A stretch of 61,969 nucleotides of DNA from Actinomycetes bacterium (GCA_021826725.1 JAKAYQ010000001.1:1-61969); one strand, 5' to 3'; shown: positions 41,714-50,841, numbered from the stretch's first letter. The notes: generated by a model from the letters alone, not told the origin. Program-made: numbers and translations.

Positions 41714-43753
41714 TCATGGGCTCGGGGGCGCCGTCGGTCCAGGCGCCGTCGGTCCAGGCGCCGACAGTCCTGGCGCCGTCGGTCCAGGCGCGGAGAGGGC
41801 CGGCGCGCTCGGGTAGCTGAAGGTGTCGGTGATGAGGTGGCCGAGGTCGACGACCCGGTCCCGGGCGAGGCGGCCCTCGGGGTCGAGCCGCAGGGTGATC
41901 CACGCCGGGGTACCCGGAAGGTACACCTGCAGGCCGGGCCTGCCGCCTGAGAGCGGCTGCACGTCGGGGATCAACCCGGGCTGCTCGGCGTCGCCGCTGT
42001 AGGGCTCTAAGGACATGAGCTTGGCACCCGAGAGGGGCGCCAGCACGCTGGTGAAGCTCCGCCCGGCGGTGTTGCTCGTCACGGTCTCTCGGGTCGCGAC
42101 GGCCGGCACCTTCTCCATGGCGGCGACCACCTGGCCGAGGAGCAGCGGCTCGGTGGCGGGCGGCGGCCAGTCGATGCCGGCGGTCCAGGTCCCCCCCGGC
42201 CAACCCGGCGCGGCGACTTCGAGATGCAGGCGGGTGCGCCCAGCCGGGAGCGTCACGGTCTGCGCGAAGCAGCCGGCGCCACAGGCTCGGGGGAACAGCC
42301 CCACGTCCTTGCCGTCCGGGTAGGTGGCGTCGATGCCGACCCGAGCGCCGCGGGCCGGGCCGTTCGGGTCGTAGACCTGGACCTGGAGCTGGCCGGAGCC
42401 GGCGGCGACGGCCACGGTGAGCTCGCCGACGAGGCCGGCGACCCGGGCGACCCGGCCGGCAAGCGGCGCCGGGCCGAGCAGGGCTTGGGCCCGGACCGGC
42501 TGGATCTTCGCCGGTGGCCCGGTGTCGGCCAGCACGGCGGTGACCACCAAGATGACCAACACGACCGCCGCCTCCACCGGCAACGCCCTGCGCAGCAGAC
42601 CTGCCTCGCTCCTTCCGATGCCCCGGCTCCGGCCCGCCCAGGCGAGCGCCAACGCCAACGCGAACAGCCCGGTCTTGACCAGCAGCAGTTGCCCGTAGCC
42701 GCTGTCGTAGAGCGACGACCACGACGGGAGCGTCTCGAGCGCGGAGAGCCCGCCGGCTGCGCCGAGCACCACCACGAGCGGCAGCGCCAGACGGGCGTAG
42801 CGGCGGGCCACCTCCACGAGCAGGGCACGCTCGGCGCGGTAGCGGAGGGCCGCGGCCACCATGAACGCGAGCGAGCCCGCCCACAGCGCGCCGACCACCA
42901 GGTGCAGCGCGTTCACGACGAGGCCGACCGCCCCGCCCACGAGTGCCGGGTGGCCATCGGCGGCCCACGCCACCCCGGCACCGACCAACGCGACGAGCAC
43001 CGGGCCGAGGCGCCGGGCGAGCACGGCCAGCATCGCCGTCGCCGCGAGCAGGGCCGCTACCCCGCTCAGCAGCGCCGCGTGCGACAGCCCGCCGGTCCCG
43101 GTCCCCACCTCATCGAGGAACGCCACCGCGGCGCCGACGACGCTCGCCAGCAGACCGGCGCGGATCGGCGCCGAGGCGACGGTGACGCTGCGGTCCACGA
43201 CCAGGCCGGTCACCGCCCCGCCACCCGCCACCGCCAGGCCGAGGAGGAACACAACCGTGGCCGCCACCCGCAGCGGGTTCGGGGCCGCCCCGCGCTGGGC
43301 CGGCGCGGGGAGGGCACCCGAGACCGGGCCGACGGCGAACGCGAACTCGCCCAGTGCCTGATGGCCGTCCTCGGCGGAGAGGTCCTGCCAGCTCACGACG
43401 TAGATGCCCTTCGGCGCGGCGCCGAGGCGCACCGACACGGTGCTGGCGTCACCCCCCGGCTCGACCGTCGCCGGCACACGGCCGTTGCTGCCGGCGAGGC
43501 GGACCGACACGGTGGTCGCCGAGGTGACCACGTCTTCGCTGAAGCTCAGCGTGATCGTCGAGGGGGCATGCGCCAGCCTCGCGCCTTGCGGCGGGTTGCT
43601 CCCGACCAAAAAGGCGTGCGCGGACGCCACGCCCGCCCCGAAGCTGAGCATCCAGACGATCCCAACCACGACGCCGGCGCCGCCTCGCCAAAGCCACCGC
43701 CGTCGGCTGCGGCCCCGGGCGGGCACGATCCGACGCTCGAGCGCATGGCTCAT
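41714..43753 (-). CDS. CopC-CopD fusion copper-resistance protein with a C-terminal extracytoplasmic domain
   Basis: Signal peptide then HAFLVGSNPPQGARL (CopC start motif). Multiple TM helices of CopD type. C-terminal tail with (APGPT)-type repeats. Confidence 0.75.
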   Translation of the reverse strand: MSHALERRIVPARGRSRRRWLWRGGAGVVVGIVWMLSFGAGVASAHAFLVGSNPPQGARLAHAPSTITLSFSEDVVTSATTVSVRLAGSNGRVPATVEPGGDASTVSVRLGAAPKGIYVVSWQDLSAEDGHQALGEFAFAVGPVSGALPAPAQRGAAPNPLRVAATVVFLLGLAVAGGGAVTGLVVDRSVTVASAPIRAGLLASVVGAAVAFLDEVGTGTGGLSHAALLSGVAALLAATAMLAVLARRLGPVLVALVGAGVAWAADGHPALVGGAVGLVVNALHLVVGALWAGSLAFMVAAALRYRAERALLVEVARRYARLALPLVVVLGAAGGLSALETLPSWSSLYDSGYGQLLLVKTGLFALALALAWAGRSRGIGRSEAGLLRRALPVEAAVVLVILVVTAVLADTGPPAKIQPVRAQALLGPAPLAGRVARVAGLVGELTVAVAAGSGQLQVQVYDPNGPARGARVGIDATYPDGKDVGLFPRACGAGCFAQTVTLPAGRTRLHLEVAAPGWPGGTWTAGIDWPPPATEPLLLGQVVAAMEKVPAVATRETVTSNTAGRSFTSVLAPLSGAKLMSLEPYSGDAEQPGLIPDVQPLSGGRPGLQVYLPGTPAWITLRLDPEGRLARDRVVDLGHLITDTFSYPSAPALSAPGPTAPGLSAPGPTAPGPTAPPSP
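41727..41786. repeat. four tandem 15-mers (GGCGCCGTCGGTCCA) encoding the Pro-rich tail of the CopCD fusion
   Basis: Units at 41727, 41742, 41757 (variant) and 41772. Confidence 0.8.
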
Positions 43754-43861
43754 CGGGCCGTCGCGCCCTTGGCCCTGAGGTGGAAGAGGGGCGGGCACGA
43801 CGAGCCAACAAAGACGACCCCGGCTGTCAGCACGGGGACACGAGCGACACCGGCAGTCATC

Positions 43862-43878
43862 TACGACATAGAGTAGTT
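43862..43878. promoter_or_regulatory. dyad TACGAC-ATAGA-GTAGTT (candidate BlaI-family operator, site 4 of 6)
   Basis: Lies between the M56 gene stop (43902) and the copCD start (43753). Confidence 0.5.
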
Positions 43879-43901
43879 GGTACTGCCTGTTGGAAGCCAG
43901 G

Positions 43902-44840
43902 TCAGAGCGGGCAGCGGCCGGCCATCTGGACCAGCATCCGCAGGTTGCTGGCCCACACCCCGAGCCCCGCCACCGCGGCGACACCGAGCGCAAGCCCGGG
44001 GCTGTAGAGCAGCCCGAGCCTGCCGAGGTCGAGTCCGGCCGGGGGCTCGTCGAGCGCATCGAGACGCTCGGCTATCGTGTCGGCCGCCGAGAAGGCGGCC
44101 ACCTCGACGCCAACCATGGACGCCGTCACCTGCCGCAGGGCGCGGCGCAGCCGGGCACGGCCGTCTTCGAGCACGCCGACGGCGACCTCGTCGGCCCAGC
44201 GTTCGAGGGCGACCACGAGCGCTCGGGCGCTGCGCTCGGCGGGGGGAAAGAACGCGAGACCGTGGCGCACCACGCTCGCGACGCTCAGGTAGCACTGGTG
44301 GCGATGGTCGAGATGGGCGGCCTCATGGGCGAGCACCGCGACCAGCTCGTCTGGGCCGAGCGCGGCGACGAGCCCCGAGGAGACGACCACCTGGCCGCCC
44401 TGGCCCTCCACGCTGAAGGCCACCAGCTCGCCGCGTGGCAGCACCACCAGCTCATGGCGGCCGAGGCGGGCATGCTCGCCGATGCAGCGCTCGACGTGCG
44501 CCTCGCGGCGGACCCGGCGCGCCCGGCCGAGGGCCAGCGAGCCCGAGGCGGCCACCACCACCGCCAGCACGCCTGCCGCCCAGCCGGCGGCGGCACCGCC
44601 GGGCGCCACGCCGCCGAGCATGTGCAGGCACAGCGCGGCGAGGCCGAACGCGCCCGACGCAGACAGGACCGTGGGCGCGGCGTAGAACACCAAGCCCAGC
44701 TCGAAGACCACGGACCCGCCCACCAAGGCGACCGTGATCAGCCGCGCCCACTCGCTCGGCGCGAGGCGCCGCCCGAGCGGCCGCAGCACGCCGGGCAGGG
44801 CGACGATCCCAAGCCCCGCCAGCACGAAGGCCACGCCCAC
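43902..44840 (-). CDS. M56-family (BlaR1-like) membrane metalloprotease lacking an extracellular sensor domain
   Basis: HEXXH in ...VAVLAHEAAHLDHRH... About 5 TM segments. Only 312 aa, so no penicillin-binding sensor domain. Confidence 0.75.
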   Translation of the reverse strand: MGVAFVLAGLGIVALPGVLRPLGRRLAPSEWARLITVALVGGSVVFELGLVFYAAPTVLSASGAFGLAALCLHMLGGVAPGGAAAGWAAGVLAVVVAASGSLALGRARRVRREAHVERCIGEHARLGRHELVVLPRGELVAFSVEGQGGQVVVSSGLVAALGPDELVAVLAHEAAHLDHRHQCYLSVASVVRHGLAFFPPAERSARALVVALERWADEVAVGVLEDGRARLRRALRQVTASMVGVEVAAFSAADTIAERLDALDEPPAGLDLGRLGLLYSPGLALGVAAVAGLGVWASNLRMLVQMAGRCPL

Positions 44841-44846
44841 CGCCGG

Positions 44847-45215
44847 TCAGTCCCGCTCGCCGCCGCCGTCGAGCAGGCGGCGCAGCCGGGCCCGCTCCCC
44901 GGGCTTGAGGCCGGCGATGAAATAGCTGAGCGCCAGTGGGCGGTCCTTGGTGGCACCGAGCAGCTCGTCCATGCGCGATGCCGCGTAGGCCTCCCGGCTC
45001 TTCAGCGGCTGGTACGCGTAGGCCCGGCCCACCGGCTGACGGTCGAGGCGACCCTTTCGCCACAGACGCACCAAGATGGTCATCACCGTGGTGTAGGCCA
45101 GCGGACGCTCAGCTGACATGAGCTCGTGGACCTGACCCGGCGTGAGCGGGCCCGAGGCGTCCCAAAGGACGTCCATGACCTCCGCCTCGAGCTCTCCCAT
45201 CGCCAGCTTCGCCAT
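44847..45215 (-). CDS. blaI: BlaI/MecI/CopY-family winged-helix repressor
   Basis: MAKLAMGELEAEVMDVLWDASGPLTPGQVHELMSAERPLAYTTVMTILVRLWRKGRLDRQ... GAGGTGA SD. Immediately upstream of the M56 gene. Confidence 0.8.
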   Translation of the reverse strand: MAKLAMGELEAEVMDVLWDASGPLTPGQVHELMSAERPLAYTTVMTILVRLWRKGRLDRQPVGRAYAYQPLKSREAYAASRMDELLGATKDRPLALSYFIAGLKPGERARLRRLLDGGGERD

Positions 45216-45242
45216 GCCCAACTCACCTCGCGCCTCGCTGCC

Positions 45243-45259
45243 TGCGACGAAGCGTAGTA
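45243..45259. promoter_or_regulatory. dyad TGCGAC-GAAGC-GTAGTA (candidate BlaI-family operator, site 5 of 6; autoregulatory position)
   Basis: 28 nt upstream of the blaI ATG. Confidence 0.55.
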
Positions 45260-45304
45260 CGCCGGCCCGCGCCCTCAAGAGCCGTCCGCTACCATGAGCG
45301 ACAC

Positions 45305-45345
45305 CGTGTCGTAGAACAGCGTGTCGTAGAGCGCCGTGTCGTAGA
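45305..45345. repeat. three direct repeats CGTGTCGTAGA with exact 15-bp spacing
   Basis: Copies at 45305, 45320 and 45335. The complement contains the TACGAC half-site. Lies in the blaI / 45472 divergent region. Confidence 0.8.
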
Positions 45346-45471
45346 AGACGGGGCGAGACCAGCCGACTACCAGCCGGCGCCACGTCGGCGTGCCGAGGCG
45401 GTGGCATGTCCGTTGGGACATCGTTGGCTCACGCAGGCAGCGCGGCACAGGGAGAGGGAGGAGACGACCAC

Positions 45472-46272
45472 GTGACCAGCCGCAGACGAACCAAGGCGCT
45501 GCGCCACGCCGAGGCGCAGCGCCGCTCCGAAGCGCTGAAAGCGCTCGAGGGCCGCCGGCGGCGGGTCCGCATCCTCGGCGCCGCGGTTGGAGCGCTCGTC
45601 GTGGCCGGCGTCGGCACCGGGATCGGCGTCGCCGTCTCGAGCGCCGGTTCGGGTGCCCCCTCGGCGCAGAACACCGGCGGCACCCCGGAGCTGAAGCTCG
45701 GCTCGCTGGCGTCGCTGGGGGCGCTCGCTCTCCCGGGACCCCCGGGACCGGCCGGCCCCGAAGGCGTCCCCATCCCCACCGGGCCGGCCCTCGCAGCCAC
45801 GACGAGCGCGGCAACCGGCCAGAGCGTCGATGGCATCTCCTGTGACACGAGCGAGCAGACCCTGTTCCACATCCACGCCCACCTCACGATCCTCGTGGAC
45901 GGCGCCGCCCGCCAGCTCCCCGCCGGCATCGGGATCCCCGGTGCCCAAGCGCAGGGCACCCCCGAGGGCCCGTTCGTCTCCTCGGGGACGTGCTTCTACT
46001 GGCTCCACACCCACGCGGCCGACGGCATCATCCACATTGAGTCGCCCGTCCAGCGCACCTACACCCTCGGCGACTTCTTCGACGAATGGGGCGAGCCGCT
46101 CGGTCCCGACCAGGTCGGCCCTGACACGGGGAAGGTGACCGCCTTCTACGACGGCAAGCACTACGAGGCAAACCCCCGGGACATCCCGCTGCACGCCCAT
46201 GCCCAGATCCAGCTCGACGTCGGCACCCCGCTCGTCGCCCCCGAGCACATCACCTTCCCATCCGGCCTGTAG
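45472..46272 (+). CDS. membrane-anchored His/Cys-rich hypothetical protein
   Basis: GGGAGGAG SD 8 nt before GTG 45472. TM anchor. ...CDTSEQTLFHIHAHLTILVDG...GTCFYWLHTHAADGIIHIESP... Confidence 0.6.
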   Translation: MTSRRRTKALRHAEAQRRSEALKALEGRRRRVRILGAAVGALVVAGVGTGIGVAVSSAGSGAPSAQNTGGTPELKLGSLASLGALALPGPPGPAGPEGVPIPTGPALAATTSAATGQSVDGISCDTSEQTLFHIHAHLTILVDGAARQLPAGIGIPGAQAQGTPEGPFVSSGTCFYWLHTHAADGIIHIESPVQRTYTLGDFFDEWGEPLGPDQVGPDTGKVTAFYDGKHYEANPRDIPLHAHAQIQLDVGTPLVAPEHITFPSGL

Positions 46273-46285
46273 CGGCGGGCCGAGC

Positions 46286-46957
46286 TCATCGGTGGCCGTT
46301 GGCGGTCAGGCGGGCGACGGCGCCCGACAGCCCGCTCATCGTGGAGACGAGGGGCGAGTTCACGTAGGTGATGTGCCCCGTGGCGTCGAGCAGGTAGTAG
46401 ATCTCGAGCTCGCCAGCGGGGTCGTAGGTGGCGGTGAGCCGGCTCGATGCCACCCCCCAGGTCCAGTCGGGGTTAGCGGAGGCGGCGCCGGCGTACTGGC
46501 GGGCGAAGGCGGTGATGGACGGGCCCGGCTGGCCGAGGTCGTCGGCCAGCTCGAGCTCCACCACCCGCACACCGCGCGACGCGAGGTTGCCGATGTCGCC
46601 GGCGAGGGCTTGGGTGCCGGCTTGGCAGCTCGGGCACCAGGTCGTGACCAACCACACGAGGGTCGGGTGGCCCCGCAGCGAGCCGATCGTGGCCTGATCG
46701 CCTGAGGCGGTGGTGAAGGACCCGGCCGGGGCGATCGCGCCGACCCCGGTCGAGCGGGTGGTCGGCGCGCTCGTGGACTTGGAGCTGGCCAGCAATGCCA
46801 CCACGGCGATGATCGCCGCGACCAGCACCCCGGCGACGCCCATGCCGACAAGACGGCGTCGGCGAGCTCTGGCCCCCCGGGCAGCCTGGTTGGCCCGACG
46901 GTTCTTGGCGGGCCGGCGCGCGGTCGTGGCGCGCCTCGGAGCGGACCGCCGGCTCAC
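46286..46957 (-). CDS. membrane-anchored thioredoxin-fold protein
   Basis: TM anchor. ...PTLVWLVTTWCPSCQAG... (WCxxC). GTGA overlap. Confidence 0.75.
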   Translation of the reverse strand: MSRRSAPRRATTARRPAKNRRANQAARGARARRRRLVGMGVAGVLVAAIIAVVALLASSKSTSAPTTRSTGVGAIAPAGSFTTASGDQATIGSLRGHPTLVWLVTTWCPSCQAGTQALAGDIGNLASRGVRVVELELADDLGQPGPSITAFARQYAGAASANPDWTWGVASSRLTATYDPAGELEIYYLLDATGHITYVNSPLVSTMSGLSGAVARLTANGHR

Positions 46958-47652
46958 AACCGGGACCTCTCGTTTCCCGTGGGAGCCGGGCCTGCGAGGC
47001 CGACCTCGACGGCAGCGGGGGGCGGATCGACCGGAGAGGGTTCCGGGCCGCCGCGGGGGACCTGTTCGGAGGCCGTGTCCTCGCCGGGTGTCGAGCACTC
47101 TCGGGCGAAGCACGTGGCGCGAGCGAGCTTGCGCGTCGACCACAGGCCGCTTGCCACCACGAGGGCCAGCGCCCCCAGCAGGAGCAGGTTCTGGTTGGTG
47201 GCGAAGAAATAGGTGATGGTCCCGGTGGCGCGCAGCCGGGTGCCAGCCGACAGGCCGAACAGCCCGACCACGGTGGGCACGACCGGGCTGCAGCACAAGA
47301 AGCTCGGGAGCAGGCTCACCACCGCGGCCAGCGCACCGAGCGGGCCGCTGCGACGGGGCGCGCCCGCGCTCTCTCTGGCGGCAAGGACCTCCCGCACCGC
47401 GTGGACCTGCAAGGTGAGGACCCAGGCCATGGCGAAGGCGAAGGCGAAGGTGAAGGCGAGGTAGCGGAGGTCGAGGTAGCCCCAGTTGGCGAAGGAGATC
47501 CGCTGGGTGAAGTCGAAGGGCAGCAAGACCGAGTCGCCGAAGCCGACGGCGACGAACACCGAGGCAAAGACCGCCCGGTCGACCCCGTCGGCGGCCACCT
47601 GGCGTACCACGGCGGCCCACGGGCGACCCTGAACGAGGCGCGTCCCGCTCAT
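46954..47652 (-). CDS. membrane protein with an intramembrane vicinal Cys pair
   Basis: ...AAVVSLLPSFLCCSPVVPTVVG... ATGA overlap with the upstream gene. Confidence 0.55.
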   Translation of the reverse strand: MSGTRLVQGRPWAAVVRQVAADGVDRAVFASVFVAVGFGDSVLLPFDFTQRISFANWGYLDLRYLAFTFAFAFAMAWVLTLQVHAVREVLAARESAGAPRRSGPLGALAAVVSLLPSFLCCSPVVPTVVGLFGLSAGTRLRATGTITYFFATNQNLLLLGALALVVASGLWSTRKLARATCFARECSTPGEDTASEQVPRGGPEPSPVDPPPAAVEVGLAGPAPTGNERSRL

Positions 47653-48029
47653 GCGCCAACGCCGCCCTTGGGCCCCCGATCGTCGCCAAGCCCGCCTGCG
47701 GGAGGCTCGCACACCGGCGCGCCGCATGCCCCAGCCCGTCGGCGGCGCACGACGACAAGGAGCGTCACCGCCACAGCGATCGCCGCTCCCGCACCGAGCC
47801 CGCCCCAGGCGGCAGCGCCTGCGGCGGCCAGCGCCACGACGAGCAGCGGCCCGCCACAACAAGCGACCGGGATCGCCAGCACCGCCAACCAGCCGAGACC
47901 CTTGCGGCGCTCGGCCGGGGCGTCGGTGCCGAAGCACTGCGCCCCGGCGACCCGAGACGATGACCCGGCGCCCGACGAGCGCCCGAGCCCCTCGCCAGAC
48001 AGGTCGCCAAGCGGGCTCACTTGGTCCAT
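47649..48029 (-). CDS. MerT/MerF-like small mercury-transport-type membrane protein (126 aa)
   Basis: ...LAIPVACCGGPLLVVALA... resembles the MerT TM1 motif CC(L/G)GPL. Second Cys pair GACGAPVC after TM2. AAGGAAAGGGA SD. Confidence 0.55.
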   Translation of the reverse strand: MDQVSPLGDLSGEGLGRSSGAGSSSRVAGAQCFGTDAPAERRKGLGWLAVLAIPVACCGGPLLVVALAAAGAAAWGGLGAGAAIAVAVTLLVVVRRRRAGACGAPVCEPPAGGLGDDRGPKGGVGA

Positions 48030-48051
48030 CGGTGCCGTCCCTTTCCTTCTG

Positions 48052-48735
48052 TCATGGCAAGGTCTCCGGCGAGGCCGGCGTCGGGGCCGACGCGGAGCCT
48101 GAGGGGCGCGTCCCGGTGAGCGAATCGAGATGGGCCAAAAGGGCGCCGACACTCGACACCGGCGTCGCCCCGGAGTAGGCGACCCTGCCAGCCGAGTCGA
48201 GCAGGAAGTACTCGTCGGGGACGCCTTGGGGGTCGTACGCGGTGGTCAGACGGAGCGAGGCCAGCGCCCAGGTCCAGGTGGGATCGGGGAACGCCGAGGT
48301 GGCGTAGGTGCGCCCGAAGCTTGCCAGCTGTTTCAGGCCCGGGCCACCGCTGTCAAAGGCGCCGTAGAGACCGAGCGCGACAACCCGGGTCCTGGCGGCA
48401 GCGAACGCCGGGAGGTGGCTGGCCATGACCGGGATGCTCGCCTGGCAGCTGCTGCAGCCGGGAGCGACGAACCACAGCAGCGCCGGGCGTCCCCGCAGCG
48501 CGGCCACGCTGGCGGTCCTCCCGTCGAGCAGCGTGTAGGGGTAGCTCGGCTCGCCGCCGCGGATGACGGTGCTCGTCGGGCGCGACGGCGCCGTCAGCGC
48601 GGCGCCGTCCGGTCTGCCGCGACCGACTACCCAGGCGCCGAGCCCTGCACCGACGACCACCACGGCGACCACCACGGCGCCCACGATGCCGACGCGAGCG
48701 TGGCGTCGCGGCGGGCGGGACGGCCGGGCGCTCAC
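48052..48735 (-). CDS. membrane-anchored thioredoxin-fold protein, paralog of 46286..46957
   Basis: ...PALLWFVAPGCSSCQAS... Shared ...DPTWTWALASLRLTTAYDP... block with the paralog. GTGA overlap with the merA stop. Confidence 0.7.
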   Translation of the reverse strand: MSARPSRPPRRHARVGIVGAVVVAVVVVGAGLGAWVVGRGRPDGAALTAPSRPTSTVIRGGEPSYPYTLLDGRTASVAALRGRPALLWFVAPGCSSCQASIPVMASHLPAFAAARTRVVALGLYGAFDSGGPGLKQLASFGRTYATSAFPDPTWTWALASLRLTTAYDPQGVPDEYFLLDSAGRVAYSGATPVSSVGALLAHLDSLTGTRPSGSASAPTPASPETLP

Positions 48736-50426
48736 GCCGCGCAGCACGAGAGCTTGGACACATCGGTGGTGAAGGTCTGGGCGGCGAGCTTCACCGACTC
48801 GGCCATGGTCAGGTACGGCGCCCAGGTGTCGGCGAGGTCGGCGACGCTGAGGCCGAACTTGACGGCGTAGACGCCGGCCAAGATGACCTCGCCGGCACCG
48901 TCGGCGACCGCCGAGACCCCGAGGACCCGGCCCGACCCCCGCTCGGCGACCACCTTGACGCCGCCTCGGGTGTCGCGGTTCACCCGGGCCCTCGGGACGT
49001 GGACCAGGTCGAGCACCCGGCATTCGCAGTCGTAGCCGGCGGCCTTCGCCGCCTCGTCGGTCAAGCCGACCGCGGCGATGGTGGGGGCGGTGAAGGTGAC
49101 CCGGGGCAAGGCGGTGTAGTCCATCTCCCGGGCTGCTCCACCGACCGCGTTGTCGGCGGCGAGGGTCCCCTGGGCGGCGGCCACGTAGACGAACTGGGGA
49201 GCGCCGGTCACATCCCCTGCCGCCCAGATCGCCGGGTTGGTCGTGCGCAGCTGGCTGTCGAGCACGAGACGGCCCTGCCCGTCGACGCCCACGCCGGCGA
49301 CCTCCAGGCCGAGCCCGTCGAGCACCGGGCGCCGTCCGGTGGCGACGAGGATCTCGGCCGCTCGCAGCTCTCGGTGGGCGCCGCCTACCTCCACCCGCAC
49401 GGTCTTTGGGCTTGCGGTCTTTGGGCTTGCGGGCTTTGGGCTTGTGGGCTCGACGCCGAGCACGCGTGCGCCGGTGAGCACCTCGATGCCCTGGTCGGCG
49501 AGCACCCGGGTGATCCAGGCGGAGACCTCGGGTTCCTCTGCGGGGGCGAGGCGTCCCCGGGCTTCGACGATCGTGACCTTGACGCCGAGGTCGGCGAAGA
49601 GCTGGCCCATCTCCAAGCCGATGTAGTTGCCGCCGATCACCACCAGCGACTCGGGCAGCGTTTCGAGCTCCATCGCCGTGGTGGAGGTGAGGTAGCCGGT
49701 CCCGGTGAGCCCAGGGATGGCCGGGACGAACGGCGCCGAGCCGGTGGCGAGCAGGAAGGCGTCCGCTTCGAGCGTCCTTCCTTCGACGCCCAGGCGGTCC
49801 GCTCCGGTGAAGGCGGCGTGGCCCGTGACGATCTCGAAGCCGTAGCTTTCGGCCAGCTCGAGGTACTTCTCTTTCCGCAGGCTGGTGACGATCTCGGTTT
49901 TGCCCGCCACCAGGCCAGCCCAGTCCACCCCCATCTCGGCGGTGGCGACGCCGGGGAAGCGATGGTGGCCGGCTCGGTAGTAGGCCTCCGCCGCGGCGAG
50001 GAGGGCCTTGGAGGGGATGCAGCCGACGTTCACGCAGGTGCCGCCCACCGTCGCCGCCTCGACCATCGCCACCCGGGCCCCGAGGTTCGACGCCCGGATC
50101 GCGGCCGCGAACGCGGCGCTGCCCGACCCGACGGCGACGAAGTCGAAGTCCCTGCGCCTTCCAGCGGGCCCTCCAGCGGGCGCTGGCCGGCGCGGCGCGA
50201 CATCGCCTTCGGTACCGGTGGACAGCTCGCCGGGCCGGTAGCCGGCGGCGCGCACCGCCTCGAGCGCCGCCGCGGGATCCCCCTCGAGGCTGAAGCGGAC
50301 CTCGCCCCGCCGGTGATCGGCACGCGGCCCTTCGGCGCCGAGCGCCCCGAGGGCGGACTCGATCGCCTCCTCGCAGTGCTCGCAGGTCATGCCCTCGACG
50401 GCGAGAAGGTACTCAGGCACCGCCAC
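48732..50426 (-). CDS. merA: mercuric reductase MerA with an N-terminal HMA (NmerA) domain
   Basis: GMTCEHC. Redox-active GGTCVNVGCIPSK. FAD and NADPH GxGxxG/A motifs. C-terminal vicinal Cys KLSCCAA. Confidence 0.9.
   Translation of the reverse strand: MAVPEYLLAVEGMTCEHCEEAIESALGALGAEGPRADHRRGEVRFSLEGDPAAALEAVRAAGYRPGELSTGTEGDVAPRRPAPAGGPAGRRRDFDFVAVGSGSAAFAAAIRASNLGARVAMVEAATVGGTCVNVGCIPSKALLAAAEAYYRAGHHRFPGVATAEMGVDWAGLVAGKTEIVTSLRKEKYLELAESYGFEIVTGHAAFTGADRLGVEGRTLEADAFLLATGSAPFVPAIPGLTGTGYLTSTTAMELETLPESLVVIGGNYIGLEMGQLFADLGVKVTIVEARGRLAPAEEPEVSAWITRVLADQGIEVLTGARVLGVEPTSPKPASPKTASPKTVRVEVGGAHRELRAAEILVATGRRPVLDGLGLEVAGVGVDGQGRLVLDSQLRTTNPAIWAAGDVTGAPQFVYVAAAQGTLAADNAVGGAAREMDYTALPRVTFTAPTIAAVGLTDEAAKAAGYDCECRVLDLVHVPRARVNRDTRGGVKVVAERGSGRVLGVSAVADGAGEVILAGVYAVKFGLSVADLADTWAPYLTMAESVKLAAQTFTTDVSKLSCCAA
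49401..49445. repeat. three tandem 15-mers inside merA encoding SPKPA-SPKTA-SPKT
   Basis: GGTCTTTGGGCTTGC twice, then GGGCTTTGGGCTTGT. Confidence 0.85.
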
Positions 50427-50796
50427 CTCCGATGTCGATGCGCCGGCAGCAGGCGATCGCCGCCTCGTTGCGGCCGAGGAACGCCTCGGCCGTAGCGGTC
50501 AACTCCACCACCGACGGGTCGGCGACGCGGTAATAGGTGCGCCGCCCGTCGACCCGGGAAGCGACGAAGCCGCACCACACCAGGCAGGTGAGGTGCTCGG
50601 ACACCCGGGCCTGGGAGAGGCCGAGGCGGCGGACGATCTCGGCTTGGTGCAGCTCGCCGTCGGCCCCCAACAGCGCCAGGATCCGCAGCCGGCTCGCCTC
50701 GCCGAGCGCCCGGAACAGCCGGGCCAACAGCTCGCTGTCAGACAGCGGGGTCGGGATGGGCTCCACGATCGGGGCGCGCCCGAGGACACTGACCAT
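50413..50796 (-). CDS. ArsR/SmtB-family metalloregulator (likely mercury-responsive repressor of the merA operon)
   Basis: ...LRILALLGADGELHQAEIVRRLGLSQARVSEHLTCLVWCGFV... Cys-rich (CLVWC, IACC). GAGAGGAGA SD. Overlaps the merA start by 14 nt. Confidence 0.75.
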   Translation of the reverse strand: MVSVLGRAPIVEPIPTPLSDSELLARLFRALGEASRLRILALLGADGELHQAEIVRRLGLSQARVSEHLTCLVWCGFVASRVDGRRTYYRVADPSVVELTATAEAFLGRNEAAIACCRRIDIGGGGA

Positions 50797-50818
50797 CGGT
50801 CTCCTCTCAAAGATACGG

Positions 50819-50841
50819 CTAAACAAATAGTATTTGCTTAG
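50819..50841. promoter_or_regulatory. AT-rich imperfect inverted repeat CTAAACAAATA-G-TATTTGCTTAG (candidate ArsR-type operator)
   Basis: 10 of 11 arm matches. 23-45 nt upstream of the regulator ATG (50796). A local AT island. Confidence 0.55.
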
